Source of the DNA: an uncultured delta proteobacterium
GTDB taxonomy: Bacteria; Desulfobacterota; WTBG01
Assembly (NCBI GenBank): GCA_963793865.1
Contig: CAWCBP010000001.1
Location: 1-64,000, forward strand
Direction: 5' to 3'
Length of the DNA: 64,000 nucleotides
How positions within the stretch are numbered: the stretch's first letter is position 1; each line of letters begins with the position of its first letter. Both the position numbers and the translations under genes were made by a program. The notes below the pieces were generated by a model. The model saw only the letters and a list, made by a program, of their open reading frames with translations. It ran no database searches and had not been told where the DNA came from. Positions 9,595 through 19,779 of the stretch are shown here, in pieces.

Positions 9595-10263
9595 CTACTC
9601 ATTTTTTGTTACCAGCCCTTTACTGACGGCATATGCGGTCAAAGATGATACCTTGTGTATATCCAGCTTTTCCATAAGGTTGGCCCGGTGCTTGACCACG
9701 GTTTTTTCGCTGATGCATAGAAAGTCGGCAATCTCCCGGTTCTTGTATCCCTCGGCAATCAGCTTGAGGATTTCCCGTTCCCGCCTGGTGAGCGTTTCCC
9801 AGGAGGATTTGCTTTTTAGGGTCGCACCTCCTTCCAGATACCCTTCGATCACCTGTTTGGAAACCCCGGGGCTCAGGTATTGCTTGCCGGCCAGTATGCT
9901 CTTGATGGCTGACATCAATTCAGCCTGGGTGTCATATTTAAGCATATAGCCGTCCGCGCCTGCCTTCAGAACGGGCAGAACATATTCATCTCCGCTGTGA
10001 ATGGTTAGAACCAATACCTTTGTCTCCGGCGATATTTTTTTTATCTCTTTTAATGCCTCCATGCCGTTCATTCTCGGCATTGAAAGGTCCAGGATCACCA
10101 GGTCGGGTTTACCGCTCTGGACCCCGCGTATTGCTTCTCTGCCGTCCTCTGCCTCGCCGATAATCTCACAGTCCGGAAGAGACGCCAGCATTGCCCGCAA
10201 CCCATCCCGCAGGATGGCATGGTCTTCAGCTATAAAGATGCGCTTTTGCCTGTCCATACGCAT
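9595..10263 (-). CDS. NarL/LuxR-family response regulator
   Basis: IFIAEDH..LDLSMP receiver plus LTRREREIL..GYKNREIA..SEKTV..HRANLM HTH. Confidence 0.95.
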   Translation of the reverse strand: MRMDRQKRIFIAEDHAILRDGLRAMLASLPDCEIIGEAEDGREAIRGVQSGKPDLVILDLSMPRMNGMEALKEIKKISPETKVLVLTIHSGDEYVLPVLKAGADGYMLKYDTQAELMSAIKSILAGKQYLSPGVSKQVIEGYLEGGATLKSKSSWETLTRREREILKLIAEGYKNREIADFLCISEKTVVKHRANLMEKLDIHKVSSLTAYAVSKGLVTKNE

Positions 10264-10309
10264 TTTTAATACGGTTTTTGTCCTGAAAATACTATGTGAA
10301 TGAGCTCAA

Positions 10310-10329
10310 TATGGGGTTTACACCCCATA
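10310..10329. promoter_or_regulatory. Candidate NarL-family operator TATGGGGT-N4-ACCCCATA
   Basis: Perfect 8-4-8 inverted repeat between divergent regulator genes. Confidence 0.45.
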
Positions 10330-10480
10330 CAAGTGACTATCACCTTAGCGTATATTTGTAAACAGAAAATCATGTCTGAACCGGGGGGAGCACTTTGCAA
10401 CATGTACTGAGGGAATGGGCGAAACTTCTCTGAAGTTATATGCTCTACAACCCTTGTGTTGGATGAAGGAGTGGTTGGTT

Positions 10481-10915
10481 ATGGGAAAGCAAATGGAAAT
10501 GAACCGGGTAAAAAGCTATCCCCTGACGGAAGCAGGCATAGCCAGGGTATTGATCGTTGAAGATGATATTGATTTCAGGCAGTTGATGAGGGAAATCATG
10601 ATCAATCATTTTCCTTCCCTGAACATAGAGGAGGCGGCTAACAAGAGACAAGCCCTCCAAAAAATAAAACAGTTTTCTCCGCAGTTAATCTTTATGGATA
10701 CCAATATGCTTGATGGAAGCAGCCTGCCATTGGTTAAAAAAATTAAAAAAAACCATCCGGAGACCATGATCGTTGCTTTAACCCTGTATAATATTAAGGA
10801 ATATAAAGATGCTGCCCTTCAATCCGGGGCTGATTACTTTCTGGCAAAAAGCTCTCTGACCGGCAACATAATTGTAGAGCTAGTGAAATCCATTATTTCT
10901 CCTTTTGCTAACTGA
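10481..10915 (+). CDS. Single-domain response regulator (receiver)
   Basis: VLIVEDD, IFMDTNM, GADYFLAK; start uncertain. Confidence 0.85.
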   Translation: MGKQMEMNRVKSYPLTEAGIARVLIVEDDIDFRQLMREIMINHFPSLNIEEAANKRQALQKIKQFSPQLIFMDTNMLDGSSLPLVKKIKKNHPETMIVALTLYNIKEYKDAALQSGADYFLAKSSLTGNIIVELVKSIISPFAN

Positions 10916-10978
10916 AAGATAGGATATCCAACAAGGCGATGAAGTTTAGCGCGGTGAATAAGCAGGAGGGAGACTTAC

Positions 10979-11194
10979 ATGGCAGACCGGGGAAATGGTA
11001 AATGTGTCACCGATAATCCGGCCGGGGATGAAATCTGCTTTCAGAAAGACCAAAAGGTGTTTTATGAAGGCAGGGATGCTCAAATTATCCAGGTAAAGCC
11101 ATTTTTTGTCATAAAAACCGGGGATAGGGTTGTCTGTGGCGACATACAGAAAGGTTTGCAGGTAAGTCACTGCGATCAGCTTGAGCATGCCTGA
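10979..11194 (+). CDS. Small hypothetical protein
   Basis: 71-aa ORF with AGGAGGGAG RBS. Confidence 0.6.
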   Translation: MADRGNGKCVTDNPAGDEICFQKDQKVFYEGRDAQIIQVKPFFVIKTGDRVVCGDIQKGLQVSHCDQLEHA

Positions 11195-11351
11195 ATGAAA
11201 ATGAAGCAGCGCGGAAATTATATCCTTAAGAATTTTTAAGCAATATACCGGCATCTTAGTCTTGGAGGCTTTTATGAATTGGGCATGCAATATGTCAGTC
11301 AAATCATTTAGATTGTCCGCTCGTAGTAGTAATCTTACAGAGGAGATGTCA

Positions 11352-11561
11352 ATGAAAAATATGTTCACCGTCGACATGGATAAGATCAATGAAATTTTAG
11401 CACATCCTGTTCATGCAGAAGAGTTTCAAGAGGTATTTTCCTTTGTCGAAACAATTACAGGCAAGAAATATAACCCGGACAATCTAACTTTCGAAGATAT
11501 TGCGGTTTGGAATCAGAGGTTTGATGAGGTATTACAACAACTGTGTATGCGTGCAAAATGA
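11352..11561 (+). CDS. Small hypothetical protein
   Basis: GAGGAG RBS 6 nt before the ATG. Confidence 0.55.
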   Translation: MKNMFTVDMDKINEILAHPVHAEEFQEVFSFVETITGKKYNPDNLTFEDIAVWNQRFDEVLQQLCMRAK

Positions 11562-11632
11562 AATGGGTTTCGATCGGTAGGGATGATAATATTGAATAAT
11601 TTACTTTGCAATACCCATTTCCCCAGTCACCG

Positions 11633-11830
11633 ATGAGAAAAGTAAAAAAGATCAAGATAATGGATCGACTTGAATTGTGCCCCGGGTGCGGCTATGAAAA
11701 TGGGTTTCATATAATCCTGCTTGATGATTCCAAAGCCCGCCGTTCTACAATGAAATTTCAGCTTAAATGTCCCAGTTGCGCTCAGATATATGATCTCAAC
11801 CTCTATTGTACCGTCAAGCGGGCGGTGTGA
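11633..11830 (+). CDS. Small Zn-ribbon-like protein (CPGC...CPSC)
   Basis: CPGCGYENGFH and KCPSCAQIYD; precedes the ferredoxin. Confidence 0.65.
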   Translation: MRKVKKIKIMDRLELCPGCGYENGFHIILLDDSKARRSTMKFQLKCPSCAQIYDLNLYCTVKRAV

Positions 11831-11854
11831 TGCACAGCAAAGGAGATCGTCAAG

Positions 11855-12049
11855 ATGTCAAAAGAACCGGTTGTTGAACAGGATGAATGCGTTGGATGTG
11901 GCAACTGTGCAGAAATCTGTCCCGAGGTGTTTCGGTTAAATGACGACGGGGTGGCTGAAGTGCATGATCCTGAGGGTGCTGCGGAAGATAAAATTCAGGA
12001 GGCATTAGACAGTTGCCCGGTCCAGTGCATTAGCTGGATAGAGACCTGA
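11855..12049 (+). CDS. Ferredoxin (single [4Fe-4S]/[3Fe-4S])
   Basis: CVGCGNCAEICP...SCPVQCI; AAGGAG RBS. Confidence 0.93.
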   Translation: MSKEPVVEQDECVGCGNCAEICPEVFRLNDDGVAEVHDPEGAAEDKIQEALDSCPVQCISWIET

Positions 12050-12101
12050 ATGGTATTGTGATGGATGCTTACTCTTTTATATGCAAGAAAGGAGGTACAC
12101 T

Positions 12102-12407
12102 ATGGGTTCAAAAAAACATTTTGTATGTCTGGGCTGTGGTTTTATTGTTGAGGGTGATGAACCCCCTGACGAATGTCCGGTATGTAAGGCTCCGAAACGG
12201 GCTTTCTATCCACGCATGGAAATGCCATCTGCACCTCCTCTCAAAACGGTTGCAGAGGGTGTGGAGCAACCTGCCCCGAAAACAGGTGAGAAGCATTGGG
12301 TGTGTCTTGCCTGCGGTCATATTCATTGGGGTAACAATCCTCCTGAGCAGTGTCCGGTATGCAAGGCGCCAAAAAGCGCTTTTATGCCGCGCCAGTACTA
12401 TAAATAA
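12102..12407 (+). CDS. Tandem rubredoxin-like (rubrerythrin C-terminal type) domain protein
   Basis: Two CxxCG...PPxxCPVCKAPKxxF repeats; GGAGG RBS. Confidence 0.85.
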   Translation: MGSKKHFVCLGCGFIVEGDEPPDECPVCKAPKRAFYPRMEMPSAPPLKTVAEGVEQPAPKTGEKHWVCLACGHIHWGNNPPEQCPVCKAPKSAFMPRQYYK

Positions 12408-12591
12408 ATCATGGAATGCAATTTTGTATGGTGGTAAAAGAAAGCGTTTGCACAAAGTCGGCTCCGGTGTCGGTTTTGCTGGAAAAATGACGCGTATCAT
12501 GGTACTATCCACAATTGTGAAATGGCAGCCTGATTGCGTAACATGATCGGTATTGAGTGTTCAGCCGGGGGATGCCGGCTCAGCAACCACT

Positions 12592-13221
12592 ATGAATGTG
12601 AAGAGCGCGCTTCTGGTCGTCGATGTACAGCTCGATTTTTGCCCGGGAGGGTCACTGGCGGTACCGGAAGGCGACACCATCATTCCCGTTCTGAACAAAT
12701 ATGTAAAGCTCTTCTCCGGGCATAAGCTCCCGGTTTTTGCATCCCGTGACTGGCATGCCAGGCAGACGGGGCATTTTAAGGAATTCGGCGGCGCATGGCC
12801 GGAGCATTGCGTGCAGGGCACAAAAGGAGCGCAATTTCACCCCGTGCTCACACTGCCCGCGGGGTCGATAATTCTTTCAAAAGGGATGGCCTCCGGCGAA
12901 GACAGCTACTCCGCCTTTCAGGCGGTTGACGAACATCAAACCGCGTTTGACAGGCTGCTCAGGCAGCGCGGAATAACCTCGCTCTTTATCGGAGGACTGG
13001 CCACTGACTATTGTGTCAAGTGGACGGTCCTGGATGCCTTGAAATTCGGCTACAGGACCACACTGTTGCTCGACGCCATCAAAGGGGTAAATAGTAAACC
13101 CGGGGATGCTGAGGCAGCACTTGATGAGATGATCCGGCTCGGGGCCCGGAAAACCACCTTTGAAAAATTATATAAGGAGATGGCGGGCATATTTGAAATG
13201 CATCACCGGAAAGGAGGGTAG
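12592..13221 (+). CDS. pncA: Nicotinamidase/pyrazinamidase
   Basis: VVDVQLDFCPGGSLAV, SRDWH, WPEHCVQ, SYSAF, GLATDYCV. Confidence 0.93.
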   Translation: MNVKSALLVVDVQLDFCPGGSLAVPEGDTIIPVLNKYVKLFSGHKLPVFASRDWHARQTGHFKEFGGAWPEHCVQGTKGAQFHPVLTLPAGSIILSKGMASGEDSYSAFQAVDEHQTAFDRLLRQRGITSLFIGGLATDYCVKWTVLDALKFGYRTTLLLDAIKGVNSKPGDAEAALDEMIRLGARKTTFEKLYKEMAGIFEMHHRKGG

Positions 13222-13226
13222 GGACC

Positions 13227-13430
13227 ATGACCACACCACAGCATTGCCCGGGATACGAACAATTCAAGAATCTGAGCTCTTTTTATTGCAGGTGTCCAAA
13301 CTGCAGCAGGGAGTACGAGGTGTTCTCCGATGAATTTAACAGGAAGCACACCTGCCGGGGGTGCGGCAAGGAAATTGATTTCACCAGATGCGAGCTGTAT
13401 GCGAGCGGCACTGATACAAGTCCCAGATGA
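13227..13430 (+). CDS. Small Cys-rich Zn-ribbon-like protein
   Basis: HCPG...CPNC..E.FSDE...CRGC; GGAGG upstream. Confidence 0.7.
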   Translation: MTTPQHCPGYEQFKNLSSFYCRCPNCSREYEVFSDEFNRKHTCRGCGKEIDFTRCELYASGTDTSPR

Positions 13431-13501
13431 GAAGGCGGACAGCGTGGGGAGAAAATCTGCTGCCGGCTGCTACGTCAGCTCATCCCGCGAGAGGAGACAA
13501 T

Positions 13502-14032
13502 ATGAACGCGGCACAAGCGGAACGCATAAAGGCCCTGGAAGTAGCGCTTAACAACGAGTCCCGGGAGAGAGACTTCTACATGAAGCACTCGGCGAGAACC
13601 ACCAACCCACTGGGCAGGTTGATGTTTGGAACCCTGGCAAACGATGAATCGGAGCATTATCAGCGGATTCTTACGCTGCACGACAAGCTGAAGGAAGAAG
13701 GGAAATGGCCTGATACCATCCCGCTCACGGTGAAAGGCACCGAGATACGGTCAATATTGCTCAAAACGATTGCGTCAGTTGAGGCACTGCCCGCGGAGAG
13801 CCGGGATGACGTTGATGCGATCAAAATTGCTGTTGATTTTGAAAGCAGGGGCGTGAGCTTTTATGAGAAACTCGGGGAAAATGTTGATGAGCCCCTGGAG
13901 AAGGCATTTTACGGCATGCTCGCTTCAATTGAGAGAGAGCACTTTTTATCGCTGCAGGACGCGCTCGAATATTTCCAGGACCCCGGGGGCTGGTATCGCA
14001 TGAAGGAAAAGCCCCATGTTGACGGGGGATGA
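13502..14032 (+). CDS. Ferritin-like / rubrerythrin-family di-iron protein without a rubredoxin domain
   Basis: Repeated E..FY...LA..E..H helices (ESRERDFY/ESEH, ESRGVSFY/EREH). Confidence 0.85.
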   Translation: MNAAQAERIKALEVALNNESRERDFYMKHSARTTNPLGRLMFGTLANDESEHYQRILTLHDKLKEEGKWPDTIPLTVKGTEIRSILLKTIASVEALPAESRDDVDAIKIAVDFESRGVSFYEKLGENVDEPLEKAFYGMLASIEREHFLSLQDALEYFQDPGGWYRMKEKPHVDGG

Positions 14033-14125
14033 TGTCTCAGGACCGGTGTTTGGATATGCAGAATGCCCTTGTGCCGGACCAGCGCGTGATCCCTATACGA
14101 TGAGGGGAGCGCAGCAGGTGGTGTG

Positions 14126-15082
14126 ATGTCAAAGATCGCGATAATCGGCGCAGGCGATGTGGGAACGACCATTGCCTACACCCTCCAGCTAAGCGGGCTC
14201 GTAACCGAGATAGTACTGGTTGATATCAATCAGGAGCTTGTCCAGGGACAGGTAATGGACTTGAATCACGGGCTGTTCTTTGTTCGCCCGGTTCATATTT
14301 ATGCGGGGACTTATGCTGATTGTACCGATGCAGATGTCATCGTGATCACCGCCGGCACCCGGCAAAAACCCGGCGAAAGCCGCCTGCAATTGGTTAATCG
14401 CAATGCGCACATATGCAAGCGGATTGTTGAGAAAATCGGGCCGGATAATAGCGCGGGGATATTCCTCATAGTAACCAATCCCGTGGATATTATGACCCAG
14501 GTGGTAATCGAGTACTCCGGGTTGCCAAAGCACCGGGTTATCGGATCAGGAACTGTTCTTGACTCAGCTCGGTTTCGATATTTTCTAAGCCGCAATTGCC
14601 AGGTTGATGCCCGCAATATTCATGCATACGTCATAGGTGAACACGGGGACAGTGAAGTAATGCTCTGGAGTCAGGTCCATATTGCCGGGACACCCATCGA
14701 TACATTCTGCAAACAGTGCGCCGTCGCCTGTAACGCGCTGGTTAACAAGGAAAAGATAGCAGAAGCGGTAAGGCACTCGGCCTATCATATCATCGAAGCG
14801 AAGGGTGCAACAAATTATGGCATTAGCCTGGCGGTGAGACGGATACTGGAGGCCATTATCCGGGATGAGAACAGCGTGCTGACCGTCTCCACCCGGCTGA
14901 GCGGGCAATATGGTCTCAGCGATGTTTGCCTCAGTGTTCCCTGCAGAATCAACCGTGAGGGGGTTGCGCAGATTATAGAGACCCCCCTGGCTGAGAATGA
15001 GGAAGCAAGCTTGGCAAGATCAGCAGAACTGTTGAGAAGCGCACGCCGGACCATCAGCGAGCGGCAGGATACCGTGCAGTAA
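14126..15082 (+). CDS. ldh: L-lactate dehydrogenase
   Basis: IIGAGDVG, TAGTRQKPG (Gln specificity residue of LDH), NPVD, LDSARF, GEHGDS. Confidence 0.92.
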   Translation: MSKIAIIGAGDVGTTIAYTLQLSGLVTEIVLVDINQELVQGQVMDLNHGLFFVRPVHIYAGTYADCTDADVIVITAGTRQKPGESRLQLVNRNAHICKRIVEKIGPDNSAGIFLIVTNPVDIMTQVVIEYSGLPKHRVIGSGTVLDSARFRYFLSRNCQVDARNIHAYVIGEHGDSEVMLWSQVHIAGTPIDTFCKQCAVACNALVNKEKIAEAVRHSAYHIIEAKGATNYGISLAVRRILEAIIRDENSVLTVSTRLSGQYGLSDVCLSVPCRINREGVAQIIETPLAENEEASLARSAELLRSARRTISERQDTVQ

Positions 15083-15113
15083 TCAAAATGACGGAACTGA
15101 TCGCCATTCCCCA

Positions 15114-16814
15114 TCAGCTCGAGAGAAACGCGCCCAGCGTTGCACGGTTGTTCAGGTGAGCCAGTTTCTTGATGGCCTTTTCTTCAATCTGCCTGATTCT
15201 TTCTCGGCTGAGATCATAGCGCTGGCCGATTTCTTCCAGGGTATGATCTTTCTTTTCCCCCACGCCAAACCTCAGCCTGATAATATTTTCCTCTATTGGT
15301 GTTAAGCTGGAAAGTGCTTCCCGCACATGCTCATGTAAACAGCGGTTGATTGTCGTATCTCCGGGGGATGAAACCGTCTTATCCTCGATAAAATCAAGCA
15401 GGTTTCCCTCGCCCTCCCAGTCTCCTACCGGGGTTCCCAGAGATAACGGCATGGTAAAGATATTGAGCAGGTTCTGTACTTTATCAACCGGAAATGCTAT
15501 TTTGCGGGCGATTTCCTCCGAGGTGGGCTCGCCGCCCATCTCTTGTACCAGCCGGATTGAGGTTTTTATAACCCTGGTGATCGCGTCAATCATGTGCACG
15601 GGGATTCTGATGGTTCGTGCCTGGTCGGCAATTGCCCTGGTAATGGACTGGCGAATCCACCAGATTGCGTAAGTGCTGAACTTGTTTCCCTTCTGATACC
15701 TGAATTTATCAACCGCCTTCATTAGGCCGATATTGCCCTCCTGAATCAGATCCAGGATCTGCACCCCGCGATTGCGATACCGCTTTGCAACGCTTACTAC
15801 CAGCTTTAAGTTGGCCTTTACAAATTTTTCCTTGGCCAGCTTGTACTTGAATTCATACGCTTCAATGGCCCTGACCGTGTTTTTCAGCTGTGCGGCATCA
15901 ACCGTTGATTCGGTTTCGATCTGCTTAATGGCCTCCTGTGCCCGCCTGATAATTGTCGAAAAGCCGTCAGGTTCTTTTTTGGCATGTCCACGCCTTCTGC
16001 ATGGATCATCAGTATTTTTTGCCGCAGCAGGGAGCTTTGTGAGTTTTTTGAGCGGAACATTTGCTTTCTTCAAACAACGATGCATTTCTTCTTCGCGCTC
16101 CTTTAATTTCTTAAAAAAGCACTTTACTGTACGGACAATGTTGTCAACCTGCATATTGCCCAGGTTGAGCTCATTGACCAGGTCACATGTCATCTCAGAA
16201 AGACGGTCCATGCTTTTGTTAAGCGCCCGCTTTCTTACTGCGCTGATCCCCGGCTGCGCCATCCGCTTTTCCAATCGGGACTTTTTATTCTCGGTCCTCC
16301 TGAGTTTCTCCATGATAGAAAGCGTCTTCCTGGTATAGCGCTCTTCATTATTGCAGAGCTCTTCATAATTAAAATCCGATATGACATCCCGCACAGAGAT
16401 TTTCTTTGTTTTCAGATCGTCTCCGATCTTTAGAATTTCTTTGATGGAAAGAGGGATGGTTAAGAGCAGCCTTAAAATCTCCCGCCTGCTCTCCTCTATG
16501 CATTTGGCTATCTCGACCTCCTGATCCTGTTTGAGCAGCGACAGGGGTCCGAGTTCTTTGAAATATATTTTTACGGGATCAAAAATTTCCCCAGGCGCAT
16601 CACTGTCCACGTCCTCATCCGGATCGTCACTTTCCCCTTTATTCCAGGGCGCTAAATATTGAAGCTCGCGGGACCCGACATCATGAGTCTCATCACTATC
16701 CGCAATCTCATTGAGCTCGAACCGGTTGCCCACGACCATCTTTGAAGGGTCATCCTCATCGTCGGCGATGATATGCCGGCATTCCTCATCTCTTAAAACC
16801 GGGTTCCTTGACAT
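15114..16814 (-). CDS. RpoD-like sigma-70 paralog lacking a canonical region 1.1
   Basis: [10 protein letters not shown] (1.2), [66 protein letters not shown]. Confidence 0.9.
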   Translation of the reverse strand: MSRNPVLRDEECRHIIADDEDDPSKMVVGNRFELNEIADSDETHDVGSRELQYLAPWNKGESDDPDEDVDSDAPGEIFDPVKIYFKELGPLSLLKQDQEVEIAKCIEESRREILRLLLTIPLSIKEILKIGDDLKTKKISVRDVISDFNYEELCNNEERYTRKTLSIMEKLRRTENKKSRLEKRMAQPGISAVRKRALNKSMDRLSEMTCDLVNELNLGNMQVDNIVRTVKCFFKKLKEREEEMHRCLKKANVPLKKLTKLPAAAKNTDDPCRRRGHAKKEPDGFSTIIRRAQEAIKQIETESTVDAAQLKNTVRAIEAYEFKYKLAKEKFVKANLKLVVSVAKRYRNRGVQILDLIQEGNIGLMKAVDKFRYQKGNKFSTYAIWWIRQSITRAIADQARTIRIPVHMIDAITRVIKTSIRLVQEMGGEPTSEEIARKIAFPVDKVQNLLNIFTMPLSLGTPVGDWEGEGNLLDFIEDKTVSSPGDTTINRCLHEHVREALSSLTPIEENIIRLRFGVGEKKDHTLEEIGQRYDLSRERIRQIEEKAIKKLAHLNNRATLGAFLSS

Positions 16815-17131
16815 ATCTCTTTACCTCCGCGTTGACAGGTTTAATTGCCATGAGCAATGATGAGGAGCCTGCTATATTGATGGGCTCACCATACAAGAAC
16901 ATGGGATTTTAGCCAATGGGTACAAAATAGTATTTTTGATAAAAAAAGACGGTAATTTTTAAATAGGGGTGGGCTTCGGCGCAGATAAAAGGAGGGTTTT
17001 TATCCTCAGACATAAATATCATTAAAATCAAAATGATAGCTTTGCTTGATAAAATTGCCGCGATGTATTAGCTTCATTAACAGTGGAGTGGATATCCAGG
17101 GATTAGCCTTTGCGGAGTAAAGGAGGGTTGC

Positions 17132-17677
17132 ATGAAACCCATCGGCCCGTTGATGATTGAGCACCGGCTTATTGAGCGCATGGTCAGCCTGCTATCCCAG
17201 GCTCTTGAGAACATGAAGAAAACGAATACGGTAAACACCGTTTTCATTGGCACAGGAGTGGAATTTTTCATGACCTACGCTGATAGAACGCACCATGGCA
17301 AGGAGGAAGAAATATTTTTCAGAGATCTTTCGATGAAAGAGCTGTCAGCTGAAGACAGGAAAATGATGGAACGCCTGTTACAGGAGCATATCTGGGCACG
17401 GCAGGCGGTTATGAAGCTTGCTGCCGCGAACACCCGGTTTGCCCGGGGAGACAGTGACGCTTTAAAAGATATGACCTACGAGCTGGAGAAGCTGGTCACC
17501 TTTTATCCCCTCCATATTGAGAAGGAAGACAAGGAGTTTTTTCTTCCGGTCATGAAATATTTTTCAGTTCAGGAGCAAAACGCCATGCTTGATGAGTTCC
17601 GAAAATTTGATCAAGGTATGATTCATGAGAAATATAGAAAGATGGTTGAAGAGGAGGAGAAGGCACAGCAACCATGA
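17132..17677 (+). CDS. Hemerythrin-like (HHE) domain protein
   Basis: LMIEHRLI, HHGKEE, EHIWAR, HIEKED. Confidence 0.9.
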   Translation: MKPIGPLMIEHRLIERMVSLLSQALENMKKTNTVNTVFIGTGVEFFMTYADRTHHGKEEEIFFRDLSMKELSAEDRKMMERLLQEHIWARQAVMKLAAANTRFARGDSDALKDMTYELEKLVTFYPLHIEKEDKEFFLPVMKYFSVQEQNAMLDEFRKFDQGMIHEKYRKMVEEEEKAQQP

Positions 17678-17760
17678 CCTTGCTTAAAACCTTCCCCTGT
17701 GGTATGCGAAAAGCGATGTAACCGACCCCGGTCAAAACAAACTCATCTTATGAGGGAGGT

Positions 17761-18249
17761 ATGCGTATGCAGGTGCTGGTAATGTACTATTCGGCTTCGG
17801 GCAATACAAAAAAACTGGCGGAGGCTGTCGCGAAAGGTGTACAGGAGTCAGGCGGAGTGCAGTGCGTGCTGAAAGCGGCCAAGGATGTCACCAACGAAGA
17901 CCTTACGGCATCCGACGGCATTATAGCAGGTTCTCCGGTTTATTACGGGGCCATGGCCGCGCAGCTGAAGGCCGTGTTTGATAAATCGGTGGCCGTGAGA
18001 GACAAAATGGAAAACAAGATCGGCGCCGCTTTTGCCACATCGGGCGACCCCTCGGGCGGCAAGGAAACAACCCTCTTATCTATCATCCAGGCGATGCTGA
18101 TCAGCAATATGATAATCGTGGGCGACCCGCCTGATGCAACCGGCCACTACGGCACCTCCTGTGTCGGCGAACCGGACGAGAAAACGGCAGTAAATGCCCA
18201 AAAACTGGGTAGGCGGGTTGCGGAGCTGGTCAAGAAGCTGAAGGGGTAG
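17761..18249 (+). CDS. Flavodoxin / WrbA-like protein
   Basis: YYSASGNTKKLA, GSPVYYG, GGKETT. Confidence 0.9.
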   Translation: MRMQVLVMYYSASGNTKKLAEAVAKGVQESGGVQCVLKAAKDVTNEDLTASDGIIAGSPVYYGAMAAQLKAVFDKSVAVRDKMENKIGAAFATSGDPSGGKETTLLSIIQAMLISNMIIVGDPPDATGHYGTSCVGEPDEKTAVNAQKLGRRVAELVKKLKG

Positions 18250-18254
18250 TTTGG

Positions 18255-19568
18255 TCAGCGGGTGCCGGCCTCCCGGACGACATTTGCAGCGAGGATGTGC
18301 GTGCCCCGCGTTTCAGGGAGGGTCCAGACCCACAGTCCCGTAAGAAGAGCAAAGAAGGCGCCGATGGAAATGCCGAGGCCGAGGCCCCGCTCGGCACCGA
18401 CCCATGCCTGAGAGGCCACCCAGGTTATAATGAGAGGCGTGAAAAACTGGACGCCGCGCGCCAGGTTGAAAGCCGCGCCCATGGCAGTGTTGCGTATGCG
18501 CGTGGGAAACAGCTCTGAAAAGATGGGGCCATAGCCGGAGAAGTTGCCTGTACCCACCCCTACCATGAACATGAAGAACAGGGTTAATGCCGGCAGGGTG
18601 ACGATGCTGTTCCAGAACCAGGTTACGGACAACAGTCCTGCAGCCCAGAGTAAAGAGTACGCCGTGTAAGCTGTTCTGCGCCCCTTCCAATCGGCCACCA
18701 TTCCGAAAGAGAGGTAGCCAAGCAGCCCGCCCGCCTGGGTTACAAGCATCCAGATGCCTGACCTGGCCATGGAGAAATGAAGCTTGTCGTAGAGATATTT
18801 GGGCATCCAGGAATAGGTGAACCAGTAGGCGGACATATCGGTAACCGCCAGGAACAGACCGAGCAGAAAGAGGCGGCGGATGCCTTTGTCCCGCCGGAGG
18901 AGCACCAGAAAATCCTGTCCGGTTGATGTCCTGCGCTCGGGATGCCGCTGCCATTCCTCCCAGATATCAGACTCCGGCATGAACTGCCGGATTACGATAA
19001 CAAGAACCGCCGGGAGAACGGAGACAAAAAAACAGGCCCTCCATCCCCAGCCCGCCCCAAAAGCATCTGCAAAAAACGGCTCCACGAAGGCCCCGACCAC
19101 GGTGGCCAGGGCAATGCCGAACGGCGCTCCCGTCTGCATCACCGCTGCAAACCGCCCGCGCATCCTGACCGGAAAGGTTTCTCCCACCAGCGTCTGCCCG
19201 GTTGCCCACTCTCCGCCGACCCCCAGCCCGGTTACTACCCGGAAGAAAAGCAGAAACCACAGGCCGCCGCTGAACCCGCAGCAGAATGTGCCGAGAGAAT
19301 AGGTAAGGATGGTGAGCGAGAGCACCGGCTTGCGGCCAAGGCGGTCAGCCAGCCAGCCGAAGAAAAGCCCCCCGGCGGCGGTCGATGCCAGGCTTACGCC
19401 AAGCAGCAGGGAAAGCTGCGCGTCCGAAAGACCGAGGTTCTGCTTGATGGGGATGAGGAGAAAAGAGAACAACATCAGATCGTAGAAATCGAAGAGCCAT
19501 CCCGCCCAGGACATGCCCAGAATCAGGTAGTGTTTGGCAGTCGGCCTGTCGCTCTGGTTAAGAAACAT
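18255..19568 (-). CDS. MFS transporter (carboxylate/aromatic acid type)
   Basis: GWLFDFYD, GWLADRLGRK (motif A), GLGVGGEW, ELFPTRIR. Confidence 0.92.
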   Translation of the reverse strand: MFLNQSDRPTAKHYLILGMSWAGWLFDFYDLMLFSFLLIPIKQNLGLSDAQLSLLLGVSLASTAAGGLFFGWLADRLGRKPVLSLTILTYSLGTFCCGFSGGLWFLLFFRVVTGLGVGGEWATGQTLVGETFPVRMRGRFAAVMQTGAPFGIALATVVGAFVEPFFADAFGAGWGWRACFFVSVLPAVLVIVIRQFMPESDIWEEWQRHPERRTSTGQDFLVLLRRDKGIRRLFLLGLFLAVTDMSAYWFTYSWMPKYLYDKLHFSMARSGIWMLVTQAGGLLGYLSFGMVADWKGRRTAYTAYSLLWAAGLLSVTWFWNSIVTLPALTLFFMFMVGVGTGNFSGYGPIFSELFPTRIRNTAMGAAFNLARGVQFFTPLIITWVASQAWVGAERGLGLGISIGAFFALLTGLWVWTLPETRGTHILAANVVREAGTR

Positions 19569-19779
19569 CTTCTTCTCCTTCTCCGGCGGTTCCCTTGATT
19601 TATACACGCAACAGAGGGCACTTTGAAAGCCTTTTTATTGTGATGCACTTTGATGGTGTTTAAAAAGGCTTCCTTATTTCTTAAAAGCGTTGTATAACTG
19701 CACGCAGTCCCGGGTTGTACGTGCTCTGTTCAATAAGCATGGTTTATGTGCGCAGAAACTGCTGCGCGGGAGGAAAGAG

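Noticed and set aside
9426..9626. 66-aa ORF MTSRLLKNTHLLRYAHP
   Set aside because: Translation of the MITE; it overlaps both convergent gene ends
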